NCBI GenBank assembly: GCA_036172245.1
Contig: JAYWIR010000016.1
Span: 2,666,001-2,730,000, forward strand
DNA from: Raillietiella orientalis
Taxonomy: Eukaryota
Direction of reading: 5' to 3'
Length of the DNA: 64,000 nt
A model generated the notes under the pieces. The model was not told the origin of the DNA. It made no database searches and worked only from the letters and a program-made list of their open reading frames with translations. The position numbers were made by a program, and so were the translations under genes. How positions within the stretch are numbered: the stretch's first letter is position 1; the number at the start of each line of letters is the position of its first letter. Below are positions 38,755 to 52,499 of the stretch, in pieces.

Positions 38755-41700
38755 GAAGGTCCGTGCCCGCACCCCCTGGGTACGGATCTTCGAAAAACGC
38801 CTGCGAGGTTGACCCCGGACTAGGCTCGGGAGCAGCAGAGCACCCAGCAGGAAGACGGCGGCGCCCTTGGAAGAATAAAGGGCGTTCGCTCGTTGCCTTT
38901 CAGGCCCCGAGGTCTTTCCTTCCTTCCTTCCGTCTGATCCTGTGCACCCGTCTGCCACCGGGAATGACGTCTTGGGTTCCCCACCTTCCCTCCCCCCCGA
39001 ACCATGGGTACCCTCCGGCGTGCGCGCCCTCTGCATGGGAGAGACCGCCGGCCTGTTCAGGCCAGGTTCGCCCACGGAACCTAAACCCGCTCATTCTGCC
39101 AGGACTCGTTGGTCGGAAGGGAGTCGGTGAGAGGTGGTGCGGAGGAGAGGAAAAGGAAGTCCACCCCACCGGAATCCCCTGCTGCGACGGCGGGACGCGA
39201 ATGCGCGCGCGGCTCCATCCGCGACCTGCTGGTGCCACCAATGGGGCGCAAGGGAAGGCTGGCTCTTCGGGCTTTCCTCCGATTCGGATCGATCCCGGAA
39301 GGGGAGAAAGGCATCCCCTCCCTTTCCCCTCACCCACTGCGAACCAGCGTCCCAGGACGGATGCAAGGAAAAGGGAGCAAGCTGCTGGGATCGCGGATCC
39401 GACCTTCACGGTCCAGTCAGAAGCAATGCCGGGGTGTGACGGTAAATCCCTCCCAGGTCTGGAAAGCGTGAGGGGAGAAGGGGGGGGGGGAAACAGCTAT
39501 TTTTTCTTCCTCTAGTCCCTGAGGATTGCCCTTGTTTTTCTCCCTGCTCGCTGCCCTGCCCCGAAACAGAACGAGACGGGATGCCGCAGAGTCACCCGTC
39601 ACGAACCCGCAAACTCTCGCTCCTGGTCGAATTCGGAAGCGGCTGCTAGCAACAGGGGCGTTCCCCTGGCAACGCGCCTGCTCCACGAGCGCAAACAGCG
39701 CTGCATCCCGGGCGGCCTCAGTTTCGTCTAAGCGCTCCTGGAGCAAGACGCTGGGTTCTCTTCCCTACTGCTCAGAGACTCGGAGGGGAGGGGAACGAGT
39801 GAGGCGCCCCGGGTGCTCACTGGGTGGCGCCCTCCGCCTCTGAGCGGTGACAACGGCAAAACTGGAGACCTCCATCACGCCAGGAGCCGGCTCGCTGCCA
39901 AGGAGACGCGAGCAGGTCCCCACGGCTTTTTCCCTTTTCTCTTCTTCCTGCTCCTCCTCGGGATCTGCGAACTTGATGCAGTGGATGGGGTGCGTGAGGG
40001 AGCTCCCGTGCGAATCCACCAGAATCGCTTGCGGGTGGGCCGGCGGGGATAGCCTTTGGGGCTGCGGTGGCTAGGTCTCTGCTGATCCGGGAGCGGGCGG
40101 GAGGAGTACGGAGCTGGGGGCACTGCTGCGCTGTCGGGTCGGGGGGTCTGCACCGCCACGGGCCATGGCGATGAGGAAAAGCCGAAACGCCACCATTACA
40201 GGGGTCAAGCGGGAAGAGCAGGTCTCACGTTTGTTTGTTTTTTCTCCTTCGGAGCCCACTCTCCCCTTCGCTTCCTCCCTCCTTCTCTGCCAACCGCCAC
40301 TGTCCACTGCTGTGGACCCGCCAGCTGCGAGGTGTTGCGTTCGCCCTTCCCCCACTCTGCTGCGAAAGGAGAAGCACGGCGGCTGCCCCTCCGCCAGCTG
40401 ATAGTCGCCTCACTGCATGCGCGCATGATGTGCGGCCGCCGCCAGCCCATCCACAAGAGACCACGGAGGACCACCCAGCCACGTTCAGTACGGCGGCGCA
40501 CAAGTCAGAGACCTGTGGGAAAAAGGAAATAAGGAGGAAGAAGGAGGGGGGGAGGCAGCCCGAACCCTGCGGCGCCGATTTGCCCCGTACCGAGGAGCCG
40601 TGCGCACGAAAGCCACCACTCCGTCCCACTCTCCCACCCGCCCCTTCCGGTTCGTGGCGGCTGCTGCTGCTGACCGCCATTAGTCACGTGTCAGCCACCA
40701 AGCGGCGCAGACGCCACCACGCGAGCATCCCGGGGACGCGCTGCCGCGGGTCACGTTATCCCGCGGGCGACTGCCAAATCCCATAAATTGAATTAAAAAA
40801 AAAAAAATTCTTTTGCAGCAGCCAATCAATTTATTCATTTCAACCCTCCCTTCCTTCTCTCCACACGGGCGCCCTGTAGCTCGATGGATGTCCTGATGAT
40901 GCCGCCACCTTCGCCGAGAGGTCAGTGCCGGAGGATGGGCCCGGGAGGGAAAGCCATCCACCCCTGGACGCGAAGCTGTGGGACCCTACCTGCAGCCCAC
41001 CTAGCTCCTCCTCTACGCATCCTCCCTCCAACTGCCCATGAACGGCGACAATGCGTGGAGTCGGCTGCGGACTCTCGACCGCACGCAATGGGTAACCAGG
41101 ACCTCCCCACACGGAGTTGCTCCGTACCGTGCGGATTACCGTCGGGAAGGATCGTCTGAAGGAAGTTCCCGACGGCACGCTCGCGACCTCTCTCCCCACC
41201 GGGAGTGGAGAGACACCCGGGAGTCCCTTGTGAGTTATTGCGGGAACAACCCCGGGTGACTTAGGCTGGTGCAAAGGAGAGGACGGAGTCTGCGCAAGGA
41301 TCCTCTAGGAACTCTCCCGGGCAGACTTTGCCCGCGGCAAGTTGCCTCGAGAAGGAGCACCTCCGGGCCGCTCCCGGCTGCGGACGATGGGGTAGAGGGG
41401 TAGGTGGACGCGTCACTGAAGCGGCATCCATAAATCCTGAACGATGGCTCTCTCCGGTACAACTGGCAGCCCGGCACCCTACCACTCGGGTATGAGGTGG
41501 GAGAGGAGAGAGTGCGCGCCTCATCGGTGGGGCGCGGCTGCGTTCTTTCTTCCGGGGAGACGCCGCTTCCCCCCACCTCGGAGGAGTCGGAACGCTTTGC
41601 GGTCGCATACGTAGGCCTAGGGGCAACACCGGAATAGTCGGACACCCTGCCTCCTAAGGGAGACTGTCAAAGAGAACGGCGCGCATCACTCGTGGGCTGG

Positions 41701-43387
41701 AACACACGCACAGGCGACCAAATCACTCCGCAGGCTCTTCGACAACCGCGAGCAGCCGTTTCTTCGGGAGGAGGAGGCAGGACCTCCCCACCCCGCCCCC
41801 CAGTACGCCGCTGCTTCGTGGTTCTCCTCGCGGGCGCACCGATCACCGAAACACCTGGCTCATCATCTCGCCTCGCAGCCCCCTGTCCTCTCCTGCGATG
41901 GCTTCCGCGACCATGCCATCCCCCCTTCCCAATCAGTGAGTCCCTGTCTGAGATCCACTCTGCCCCCTTTCTCCCCGTCCCCTCCGGGACGTCGAGTCCT
42001 CATCGAAAGGCCACTATCCGCCTCCAGGAACGAAAAGAATGCTCCAGGCGTGCTTGTCGGGGAGAAACAGAGTAGATCCTTAGCCTCCTAAAGTCCCCTG
42101 GCCCCCAGCGTCCACGGCCACCGTGCAAGCATCGAGGAAGGAAGCGAAGGAAGATCCCCGAAGCGGGATCCACCACTCCCTCTCCTGCTGCTCCTCCCCA
42201 GAGAGACCTCTCCTCTCCGCTCACGAAGAAAGGAGCCGGAGGAAATTCTCCACCTCCGGAGGGAGTCTACCCCTCGGGGTTGGTCAGGTGGACGCGTCGA
42301 AAGTGCCAGCTGCCGGCAGCGTCCGCGGCTCCGGTCGCCTTTTCGTCTGGTGCAGGAGGGCCGGACTCGCTGCTGCTGCTCCTCACGGAGAGCCGGCGAC
42401 CGGAAGGACGGCCCAAGAGCGTCTCCCGCAGGCTCCCTGCTTCGCGATGTGCGCCTTTGGCGAAGACGTCAGCGCCTGCCATACGCAGCCTGGAGGCCTC
42501 ACACGTGGCGCTCGGATGATATGCAGCTGGGCTGCTCCCCCTCCCGCGTGCTTATGCGAGAGAGACGTGACTCCGCCCCGGGTTCTCTTTCTCTCCTTCA
42601 GAACGAAGTGGCGCTCTTCGGACGTGGACTGTGCCCGGTATCCCCTCTTGTCCTGTGACTACCAGCTTCCCCTCCCCCTCGACTGTGTTTTTTGGCTTCC
42701 TCCTGGATGTCCCCGTCAGGACTTGCCCGCCGGAAGAAACAAGAGAAGAGGAAAGGCATACCCAAGGAACGAAAGGAGGGGGGATGGGGAAAGGTAGCAA
42801 GAGCGCGGACGAAGCGCCCGTCTCTCTAGGTAGGGGCGTACCAGCGAGTGTCCGCCTCCGCGACACAGGCAATGCCATCTCTTCGGCATCTTCTCCCCAC
42901 GGCCAGCGCCCGTAACCGTGACGATCCTGCGGGTGGTCCAACCAAGAAAGAAAGTAAAAGAAAAAGGAAAGAAAGGGGAATGTGCGATGGGAGGCAGAAG
43001 GGCCGCAGGTCTCCTCCCGGCGGCGCGGAAGGAGGGTTCACCGTCTGAGGCTGGCGACCGGTGCAGCGGCGGAACGCTCCTTCCCGGGAGGGGAGAGCTC
43101 GCCTCCCGGGAAGAATTTCCGGTAGCCACGGCTCCCCGTTTCGGGAAAGCGCATCGCACCCGAGCAGTGGCCACACCAAAGTTCGAGGATGTCCCCGTGC
43201 CTGTCGCGGGTTGCGGAGGGGCGGCGCGGCGGTCTCTTCACCCCCTCCTCTCTTTCCTTCTTCTCGACATGCAAGGATGCAAGGATGGCCGGACCACACT
43301 GAGCGCACGCCACTCTGGGACTCGGCGCAGGATTCGTGAACGCTTTAATGCCACGGGAGACGGCGGCCGCGCGCGCCGCGGCCGCCG

Positions 43388-46300
43388 CTAGATGAGCGTG
43401 TTGACCAGATGGATGGCACCATTTTTCGCTGGGATGTTCGCCTCCACGACTTGGGCCGTCTGGACCTTCAGTTGATCTGGAAAGAAAGAAAATTCTCTGC
43501 ACGTTTCTTTTTCTTCTCTTTTTTTTTTTTTTTTTATTCGAGCATTCAACTTTGAGTATTGCGACCTTTGGAGCTGCGGAGTCACGGAGGATCTCTCCAG
43601 CATCCCCAAGAAGTACCACTTTCTGATACCGTCGGAAGCCAAAAGGCGAAAGCGGCCGAAGCGTTCGCGGGTGAGTGGGTGAGAGGAGTTCAAAGAGCAG
43701 CAATCCTCGCCCAGCGCCGCCCAAAGACCCCGGAAATCAGACCGCGGAGTTTCAGCTCTCACTCTGACCAAGGACTATCGGAAGCTGCCCTTCCATTAGT
43801 CTTGACACTGTTCGGGTAGCGGAAAATCGACGACGTCCGTTTCGCTGAATGGGTGCGACGGCGGCCCTCAAGTTCCCAGCGGCCACCGCCTTTGCCTCGA
43901 AGCAACCGCCTGCGCGTGAATTCAGCGCCCCCATCCCCACCACCACCACCGCTGTCGCCAAGACCATCACTATCATCAGCGGAAGACATGGCGGCGGCTG
44001 CTGGTTCTGATCCTGGCAAGCCTGCCCCATTGGAGCCTTGACTTACATTCTTCCTCGTTTGATTTCCCATAAGTCACTTCCTGTTGGGATGAGTGACCCA
44101 CGTTAGCGGAGATGTGTACAAGCAGCGGCTCTTAGCCGCGACCCGCCCGCGTGGCCCTGCTAACGCAGACTCGACTGCCGCCGCTCGCGGTAGAGCTAAC
44201 CGCTAGCAGCCTGCGCGTGCGCGTGAGAGAGGTCCGAAAACGAATGGAAAACAAGGACTCGTTTCCCCTGCCCACCCACTCGCCCACCCAAGGAGGGCGT
44301 CAAACAGCTCGTGACAAAGACGCACCCAAGTGGGTCTTTCTTCCTCTCCCTTTCCCCCCTTCTTCCTCCGTTTTTCTCCCTCTTTCTCTCCTTAGCGGAA
44401 GGGGGGGGGGGACGGAGGAGAGTGCTCTCGGATGCGGAAGCGCCGAGGTCTCCCGCCCCGTTCTCCAGGTGGCGCATGCGCAGACGCGATGGCTCTCTGG
44501 TCGCTTGGGACCCAGGAGGCGACAATTCCCCAAGCCTCCTTGCGAGAGCAGGGTGGGTGGTTGCCGCTCCCAGCAGAAGACTCGTCTCGCGGGGGATTCC
44601 TGAGGAAAATGTGGGGAAAAGAGTTCGTCCTGACGAGAGCCGGACGGCCCCATCCACCGTGACTCCTTTGCCCGCGCACCCGAGCTTCTCCCAGGAGCAC
44701 GCTCGCTTGCGACCGGTACCTCGCCTCGTTCTAGAGAGTCTCCCTCTCCCCGACCCGAAACTACCTTAAGGCACAAAGCGTTCCCCTGTCTCCCTTTTTC
44801 CTCCCCTCCGGCAATCACTGTCACTCCCTTTTCTCCTTCCCCTTCGGAGGCGGCTTCCCTCCTCCTTTCCTCTCTTCCCAGATCAAACGACGGCGCCGCT
44901 CGGATGCGCTTGCGGGCGACGACTGACGCGTGGCGACTGTCGGGACGGGTGGCTCGCGCGCGTGCGCCTCGACCTGCCCCGCGGAAGGGGCGAGGCAGGC
45001 GGACGACGCGACGACGCCACGCAGACGGTCAGCGCGCGAGCGTCTGCGCGGCGTAGTCGTGGGAAAGGAGAGAGAGAGGAGAGGAGAACTCAGGTGGCAG
45101 GACGCCTTCATTCGAAGCCGAACATTGCACGGCGGCCCTCTCCTCCTGTACCCTTCCTTGCTATTTTCCGGTATCCCCCCTGCTTTCCCGATGGTGAGTC
45201 TCCAAGGGCGGGGGACATCCCTTCTTGATAAACCAAGGGGCCCTTCACCGCCCTTTCACGTCCTACCATCCACTTCTTCCTCTTCTTCCAGAAGAGAGTA
45301 GGGGGAATGGGTCAGTAAGAGGAAACAGTGGATTTTCCCCGAGAGTGCAAAGCTGAAAACGCGGGATTCGAGGACAGAGAAGCAATCGTTCAACACCACC
45401 ACGGAAAGGCGAGGCATCGTTTCCTTGGACGATGGCGCCTCCCTCCCGACTCCTGCGGAGTCCCTCCCTCTGACTCAAGGAAGGGGACGGGAAGGAAAGG
45501 ATGGGGAGGAAGGCAAAACAAGGAGCGCCTCCCTTGCCACCTCTCCCCTCACTCCCTTACCAACGTCCCCCAAACTCTCTTCGCGTTTGCGTCAGTTGGG
45601 GTGACTCCCTCCCCTTTTTTCCTAGGCAGAAACACTACGGAGGTCCGTCTTCCTCACTGCTCCTTCCCCCTCCCCTGAGCTCTCCGCGCAAGGAGCAAAA
45701 ACGGATGAAACTCCTTCTCCCTCCGACATCACTCTTCCCTGCTCTCACCTCTGTACCTGACCACGTGCAGGGGTTCGCCACCTATACTGTCCACCTGCTG
45801 GCTGATCCGGAATCCCAGAGAGAAGATGGTTCCCGGGAGGATGTGCCTCATGAGGAGCCTGCGAAACTCAGTCAGGTTCCCCCGGAGCGTCTCTGACAGC
45901 AGGTACTCGGGAATGTTCTTGAAAGCGACGTTGGTGGGTGCGAAAATGGTGAAGGACTCCCCTGGACATGGAAGACAGCTTGGTGAGAGATGCCATCCCG
46001 CCAGACCCTTCCTTCCACCACCTCCTCCCTCCCCTGAGGCACGAGGAGAGGCGATGGCTCTCTCGTGGGAACGGTCAAGGGGAAAAGAAGGAAGAGGGAA
46101 GAGGGCAATGGCAGAAGCTCCCAGGATCGATGGGGGCTCAGGGTAAACGAACAAAGGACTCACCTTCCTCCTCTTCCAGCAGTCGGTCGAGCCCTGTCAA
46201 CTCCAGCGCTTTCACGAAAATGGTGAGCCGCGGGTCCGCTAAAATGACACTGGCGATGTCGCCTTCCGTCACAGGGTACAGAATTCCTTCTATGATGTGC

Positions 46301-47362
46301 ACAGTCACGCCTGGGACGTGCAGATCCGTACGGACGATGGGGACCCCGTTCACCGTCACCACCTGGAAAGAGGGAATGAAAGCAAACCTACTAGAAGCGA
46401 AGAAGAACGGCGTGCACAGACAGGTGCCCTACCCCTACCTTCCTCATCTCCCGTTCCTTCTCTTAGTTCTCTTAGTTCTTCCCCCCCGCCCCCCACACAC
46501 ACACACGCATATCCGACTACCTACCTCCACCTGCTTCCAGTTGGAGTCATCAGTGGTGTAGTGGTTGACAAGCAGCACCCCTGCTGAGTAGCTTATGATT
46601 TTTGTGTCGTTGACAAGAGAGTCACTCGGGTAGGAGCCTTCGGTCATGTGACTCAGGAGGATCTGAGGAACAAATAAGGAGGAAGAAGTCTCTTGACTGT
46701 TTACTGAATCGTTCCCTCTCATGTTCACTCACTAGGATTCTCCTCCTCCTCCTCCCAATTCTTCTGCTCCCTCCTCTTCGTGCGACGCGGGTAGGGGGGG
46801 GAGCAGAAGGAGGGAGAAGAAAGAGCGACGCACGCGCTCACCTTCTTTGCCAGCGAGAGGTCCCTCTTGAACAGCTGCAGCATCTTCCGAGGGGTCTTCA
46901 AAAACCCGTTTGTGGAAGGAAGGAAGAAGGTAATATTGCCTGTAAGGAGAGAAAGGTGTCGTTCGGACGCCAAGCGGGCTCGGTGTGGAGAGGGAGGAGG
47001 AGGAAGAGCAGACCTGGAAGAGATGGACATGCAAGGAACGTCAGAGAGGACAGGATTGCTCTCCTTTCCTTCTTTCGGAAAGTGAGAGAGACCCGGGTAC
47101 CAGAGTGAGAGTGCAGATGGTGGAACGAGGGAATGGAGGGCTTCCTACCGTCCGTCAAGGCTATCTGATGTAGCAGCTTCGTGTCGAGAAGGAGCTCCAG
47201 GATTCCTAGAGCTGAGTGCTCCGCCACGAATGCACTCAGCTCTACGATCCTCTCTCTGGATTCTTCGCTGGGGGCCTCCTCGACCGCGCTCTTGTACTTC
47301 CACAGCATGACTTCCTCGGAGACTATCCCGCTCTCAAGTAGGTTTCCGTCCGCTCCCCTCAC
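43388..47362 (-). CDS. Fasciclin (FAS1) domain protein, TGFBI/periostin/midline-fasciclin-like, with two FAS1 domains; N-terminus unresolved
   Basis: Phase-consistent exons ~47362-47149, 46939-46842 (NITFFLPSTNGF = H1 motif), 46662-46531 (ILLSHM), 46362-46164 (VTVNGVPIVRTDL...VHIIEGILYP = H2; DPRLTIFVKALELTGL), 45961-45749 (FTIFAPTNVAF = H1; LLMRHILPG), 43476-43388 (VVEANIPAKNGAIHLVNTLI* = H2). Confidence 0.92.
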
Positions 47363-50300
47363 TACGAACGCATGGGGAAGAACCGACATCCTTGCCACCT
47401 ACCCTCCCGTTCCCTAGAAAAAGAGAGCTTTCCTCCCACGTTCTGCCCAGGAGCAACTTCCTGCTGGTTGGCAAGCCGAACGTTACCCACTGTCTCTCCG
47501 GTAACCACTGAGGACCTGAAAGAGGCACAAAATTGTCAGACAATCTGCAGCTCTTTCAGAAGAACCCAGCACCTTGTGCCCATTCGCGCTGCGAGACAGA
47601 TCGGCGGAACCCATGAGATTCTTCTACATCGGCAAGTGGATGGTCAATTAATGCTCTGCATCCCTGAGACGCAATTGGCGTCGAGATAGGAAATCACCTG
47701 CATCCCGCCTCCCCAAGGATCCCCACAAGTACTGCTTCAGGTATGTGCGTGCTTGGGAGGTGCTTGTAATACACGCGCTCATCGACTACCCACCCTTCCG
47801 CCTGGGGGAAGACATGCCTACTACAGAGGCTCAGCGTGCCTCTCCTCTCTAGAATCGCAGCATTGATCCGTCTCCAATGCTTTGTGAGTTCCGGACAAGA
47901 GAATCGGGAGGTGAAGAAACTGAAGCTCTTGAGGTTTCTAGCTTAGTGTCTCCGGCAAATAAAGGACTATGAGAATCCTCCCCCTGGAGGAGAAGCGCCG
48001 ATGAAGATAGCAGCTGCATGTATCTGGACTTTACGGTCCAGAGCAAAAGCTAGACATTGAATGAGAGATGATGTTTAACGCCCCCTGGCGTAAAGGGTGA
48101 AGAGCGCTAGTGAGCAAATGGCGACACGCCTGTCTCGTCGGTCCGTATCCGCAAAGAGACCGGAAACTTTCGCAAGGACGTTTCTGCACCACCAGTCTTT
48201 CGCGTCACTGACTCGTGTGCTTCTCTCCGAGCAACCGTAAGCGCTTCCCGGAGCACCTTCAGAAACCGAGACCGAAACTCAGCAAACAAAATGAGAAACT
48301 CAAGATGCACGACTGCTGCGGATCGTCTGGCACACAAGTTTCCTAGAGCTCTCTTGGAAGTGCGGACAAGGCACACCTATTTAACTTACAGAGGTATTTG
48401 TTGAAAGAGAAAAGTTACCGAAGGAGTGAGGCACTAGCGCTCATGGAAATCTGGGAGAATCACCTCTGTTTGAAAACATCTTAAAAGCGTAGTGAAAAGA
48501 TGAATCGGAATTCTTCATCGGTGGGGATATTCAGCCAATGAAGACCCAACATCTCTTGTATGCATCCTTAGCAAAGAGCAAAGTAAACTACAGAGTTCGT
48601 AAGCTTGGCTGCAGCTGCCTCATATGGGGGTATCCGGGCTCCTTGAGTGTTTGCGTATTCGCTCTTCTTTCATTTCTAGGAACCGTTCTGAGAACGGCAT
48701 CGTGTCCGTTTACAAGCATGAATTCCCGGAGTACTTCGGAGTCCATGTTGTGCATTCAGGAAGACGTAAAGAGAAAAGGGAAACTGTGTATCTATACAGC
48801 ACAAATGAAGAAAACGTCTATACAGGTAGTCCACAAACTGCCTTCCTCTGATACCCGTTCCCGCTTTTGGTGAAAGTGGTAAGCAAAGAATAGCCTTCGA
48901 TTTTCAACGAAGTGGCTCCTAGACTTTGTGGCTCCTTACCGGGTCTTCAGGAGCAGGGAAGGAGAAAAGTGGCTTGGACCAGTGGAATCTTTAATATAGA
49001 ACCTAACATACCAGAGACAACTTTCCAGGATCCAACCTTGCGTATTACACTTCATTGGGAAGCTGAGAATGTTGCAGGATTAGTTGAGGTGCCGACGAAA
49101 CAACTGTCAAGATCCCATCCCAAACCACTTTAAAAGATATTACGCGAGATACAGAGGAAAGGATACACGAGATGAAGAGGTTGATGGAGTCATTTGCTTC
49201 TTGCTGCTATTGGAGCCAGGCCGCAAGCACTTTCACAGCAAGAAATAGAAGAATTTTTAACCGATCGTTGCTTAGGGGCTTGAAGAAACTTCCTACGCTA
49301 GTTATACTTCAGTGGGTATCAGAACATCCGTTTCTTGAGAGATAATTTCTTTTGAAACAAAAAAAAAGGAGGCTGTAGTTGCAAGACTTCCCTGAAGTCT
49401 TCTGTCGATCCAGAAACATTGCAAGCCTTGTAAAAAGTAATGCAGCGAAACGAAAATCGGAAAAGCCTGCTATGACCGCATTTGTTGCCCTCTGAACAGC
49501 AAAGCGGAATCATTTCTCTTTTCGAGCAGTCTAACGGGTTCTTCCTTTCGCTCCATCAACAGGGAAGCAAGAAATGCCCGTGGGCTCTGGTAAGCAACTA
49601 TATGAATTCTCTCTCTGCCCCATGATTTTCATCATTTCGAGCATTTTACATCCTCACTTGATTGTTCAGATGCACAAGAGGCTGGTTGTTCTCTTGCTGA
49701 CTGCAGCGAAATACTGCATAACCGAATACAGAGCACTTTGTGCATCTTCAAACCAAGGGCTTCTTCGCGAATTACATGAAGCTCGAATTTGTCTCGCGGT
49801 AACAATCGTAGGATGCTCGCTAGTAAAAGTGACTTCAGGAAGCTGCAACTGGAGTCTGTTCCTGAGAGAATGCTGACAATCGTTTGTACAGCAAAACAGG
49901 GACGAATGCAAAGTTTTGACTCAAAAGAGGGAGATGCTCAGCAAGCACTACAAAGACGCCATGCCTTTAGGGGTCCGAGGGAAACAGAAATGGACCTCAC
50001 ATCACCCGACCACTCCGAAGTCTCTCTGGAACAGATTTAAGTTCCTGGACCCTGGACCCTGGACAATCGGGGCGTCAGGCACCGGTGGCAAGAAATGCAG
50101 GAAGTGCCCATCCTGTCCATGCCCAGACAGATTCCTCCGCGAAATCGGCTTCTTCTAGTCCTTCGAGACGAATAGCTCGTACCGAAGAGATCAGGCAGAA
50201 AGGAGAGAGGATGCGTAAAGTTCGCCTCCTAGATGCGGACCTGCATCGAACCAATGCCACCCAGTTTTCTATCTGCTGGTGGTCCTAATGCTCCAGACCC

Positions 50301-51611
50301 ATGAGCACTCCATTGCAAATCGTGTAGGGCAGCTCGGTCCGAAAAAAAGCGACCCTCTTCGAGGCGTTTCCGTATGCTTGAGCTGACGGGTCCTTCAAGG
50401 TCGCCGAACCCTGTGTTTCCCATTCGAGCAAGAAAGGCTTTGCTTCCAAGTGGGAGCAAGACCTTCCATTCTTCCTTCTCCCGCCATAAGGAGGCATTTT
50501 TGCTGCTCTCTCGCATGGCTAGGATTTCCATCTTATACTGCACTGGGTTTACTTCAGTGTTCATCCGAGGTAATTGTAAGATTCTTGGGAATATCGTCTT
50601 TTTCTTGAAAGGTTTTTGACCAGAGACCATTGCGCCCCGCCTCCGAAGACAAGCTTCCCGGGATAAAGTTTTCAACTAGCAATAATCGCGCCTCCCTGAA
50701 GTTCAGCTCCGGCTCCCCGCTTCCCGGGGAGCGGACCAAGAATGAGAAGCCTCCGCAGGCGGAGTTTCAGGACAAGAGTATCGGAACGAGACGACGCAAC
50801 TTCCGGTGTCCCGCAGGTGACCGCCCGTGCTTCCCCCATGGCCCACAGGGAACCCATGATGTGCCTTTTTTGACGGAAGGGAGGATTTTCTAGAAGTCTC
50901 AACTTCCCGGGTACTCCTCAGGTTCATCCGCCTCTCTAGTCTTAGCCTGACATGACTTTCCCAGGAAATCGGGAGTCTCCAAGGTGAGAAGGACCTTCGT
51001 GTCTCCGGAAAGAGGTAGTGGGACGCGGATTTTCGATCGTCCATTGATTTAGAGAACGGGGACATGGGTTCTTCATAAGGACGCCTCCCTCCCCTCACCA
51101 CCACCACAGATTCGCGCTCCACTCCAGCCTTCCCGTCAATGAAAGTACCTCCCCTCTGAATGCACCGGTGATGTTGGTCTTTGACAGGGACCGTTCTTTC
51201 CCCACCCACCCCTTCCCTCAGCTACGGGAGGACCTTCACTTGATGAGGCAATATCGTCGTTGGGAACCGGGAACAGAGTATGCCTTTTCCCGGAGGTCGG
51301 AGGGAGCTCCCATTCCCGTGCTCCCTCCTCACTTCCAGATGGGAAGGGTTCAGGGAGGACGCGGGCGCGGGTCGGCATGCAGACCAGACTCACCGGAAAC
51401 TGTGCTGAGTCCTCCACCAGGGATGAGCCTGCTCGCTCGCTCTGGGGTCGCAGAGCCTGCTGAAGCAGGGAGCGCTACTGCTGCTTCCGAAGTCGACTGA
51501 GCGACTTCCAGGACTGCGGAGGTGGTCACTGTCTGAGATGGACACCCTCGGATTCCTGAGAGGAAAGGCCAGCGAGCTTCGTCGCTTGCCCACTGAAAGT
51601 GCGCTCCTTAC

Positions 51612-52499
51612 TGAACTCCATCGTTCCATGACCGGGAACCGCGGACCCCTTCGGACAGAGTCTCTCCCGCGACAGGCGTCCCCTGGTCTGATGCGTCGGA
51701 ACTGAAGGGATTCTTGGTGGGCTGCACAAGTACGACACGCGGGGGGTCAACGGACTGCGACCACCCAGTGTTGTTGCAGTGGGGGTGCGTCGCCGCCACG
51801 GGTTGACCCGCGCAGCCTTTCTCCAGAAGAGATGCTTCTGCGGGTGAGGAGGAGGCAGCGGGTCCGAGGGTGGAAGGGAGAAGAGACGGGTCGACGCTTC
51901 CGGCTGAAGGAACGGACGGGAGGGCAGGAGGAGCCGGCAGGGGCTCTCCGGTGGTGGACAGGTCGAAGGTCGCGGATCCCGCAGGTGGGTGGCCGCTCTG
52001 GACGGCAGGATCCGCTTGAGAGAAGGGGACCTGCTCCGGCGGTAAGGAAGGCCCTTCACCGAAGTGCGGTATGGACTCGGCCGAGGAGACCTGGAATGCG
52101 CCGTAGTTTCCGGCGGTCTCAGGAAGGGGGGCCCCGTAGGAGCCGCTAGGAGCAAACGTCTCGGGAAAGTGGGGCAGGCTCGGGCGCTCCTGAATTTGCC
52201 CTTCTCCAGGATATTGTTGCAGAGGGACGAAGTCCCACCAGACTGTCGAAAGAAGGAGTCGCGGCCTCGTTCTCTCTAGAAATGGGGATACTCACCATGG
52301 TCCACGTGCTGCTGCTGCTGCTGCTGCGGCAGCGGCGCAAAGCTCGGCGCTGTCGCATGGTAGTCGATCGTCCCTGAGGGCACCGGGAGCGAGTATTCCA
52401 CCACGGTGGGATGATGCTCGTATTCGGGGATCTGCTGCTGCCAGAGAGGGGCTCCAGGCTGGTAGTCGGGGGGGCCGTAGACGGTTCGAAGGGAAGAAC
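51612..52499 (-). CDS. Pro/Ser/Gln-rich exons with YGPP and SYGAP motifs (putative secreted/extracellular protein segment; possibly the N-terminal part of the fasciclin gene)
   Basis: Exon 52499-52296 (SSLRTVYGPPDYQPGAPLWQQQIPEYEHHP...PLPQQQQQQHVDH) splices in phase 1 across a 53-nt GTGAGT...CAG intron (52295-52243) into a ~630-nt stop-free frame (VWWDFVPLQQYPGEGQIQERPSLPHFPETFAPSGSYGAPLPETAGNYGAF...). The 3' boundary is approximate. Confidence 0.55.
52308..52327 (-). repeat. (CAG)6 trinucleotide repeat encoding a poly-Gln run in the predicted exon
   Basis: gctgctgctgctgctgctgc on the + strand. Confidence 0.7.
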
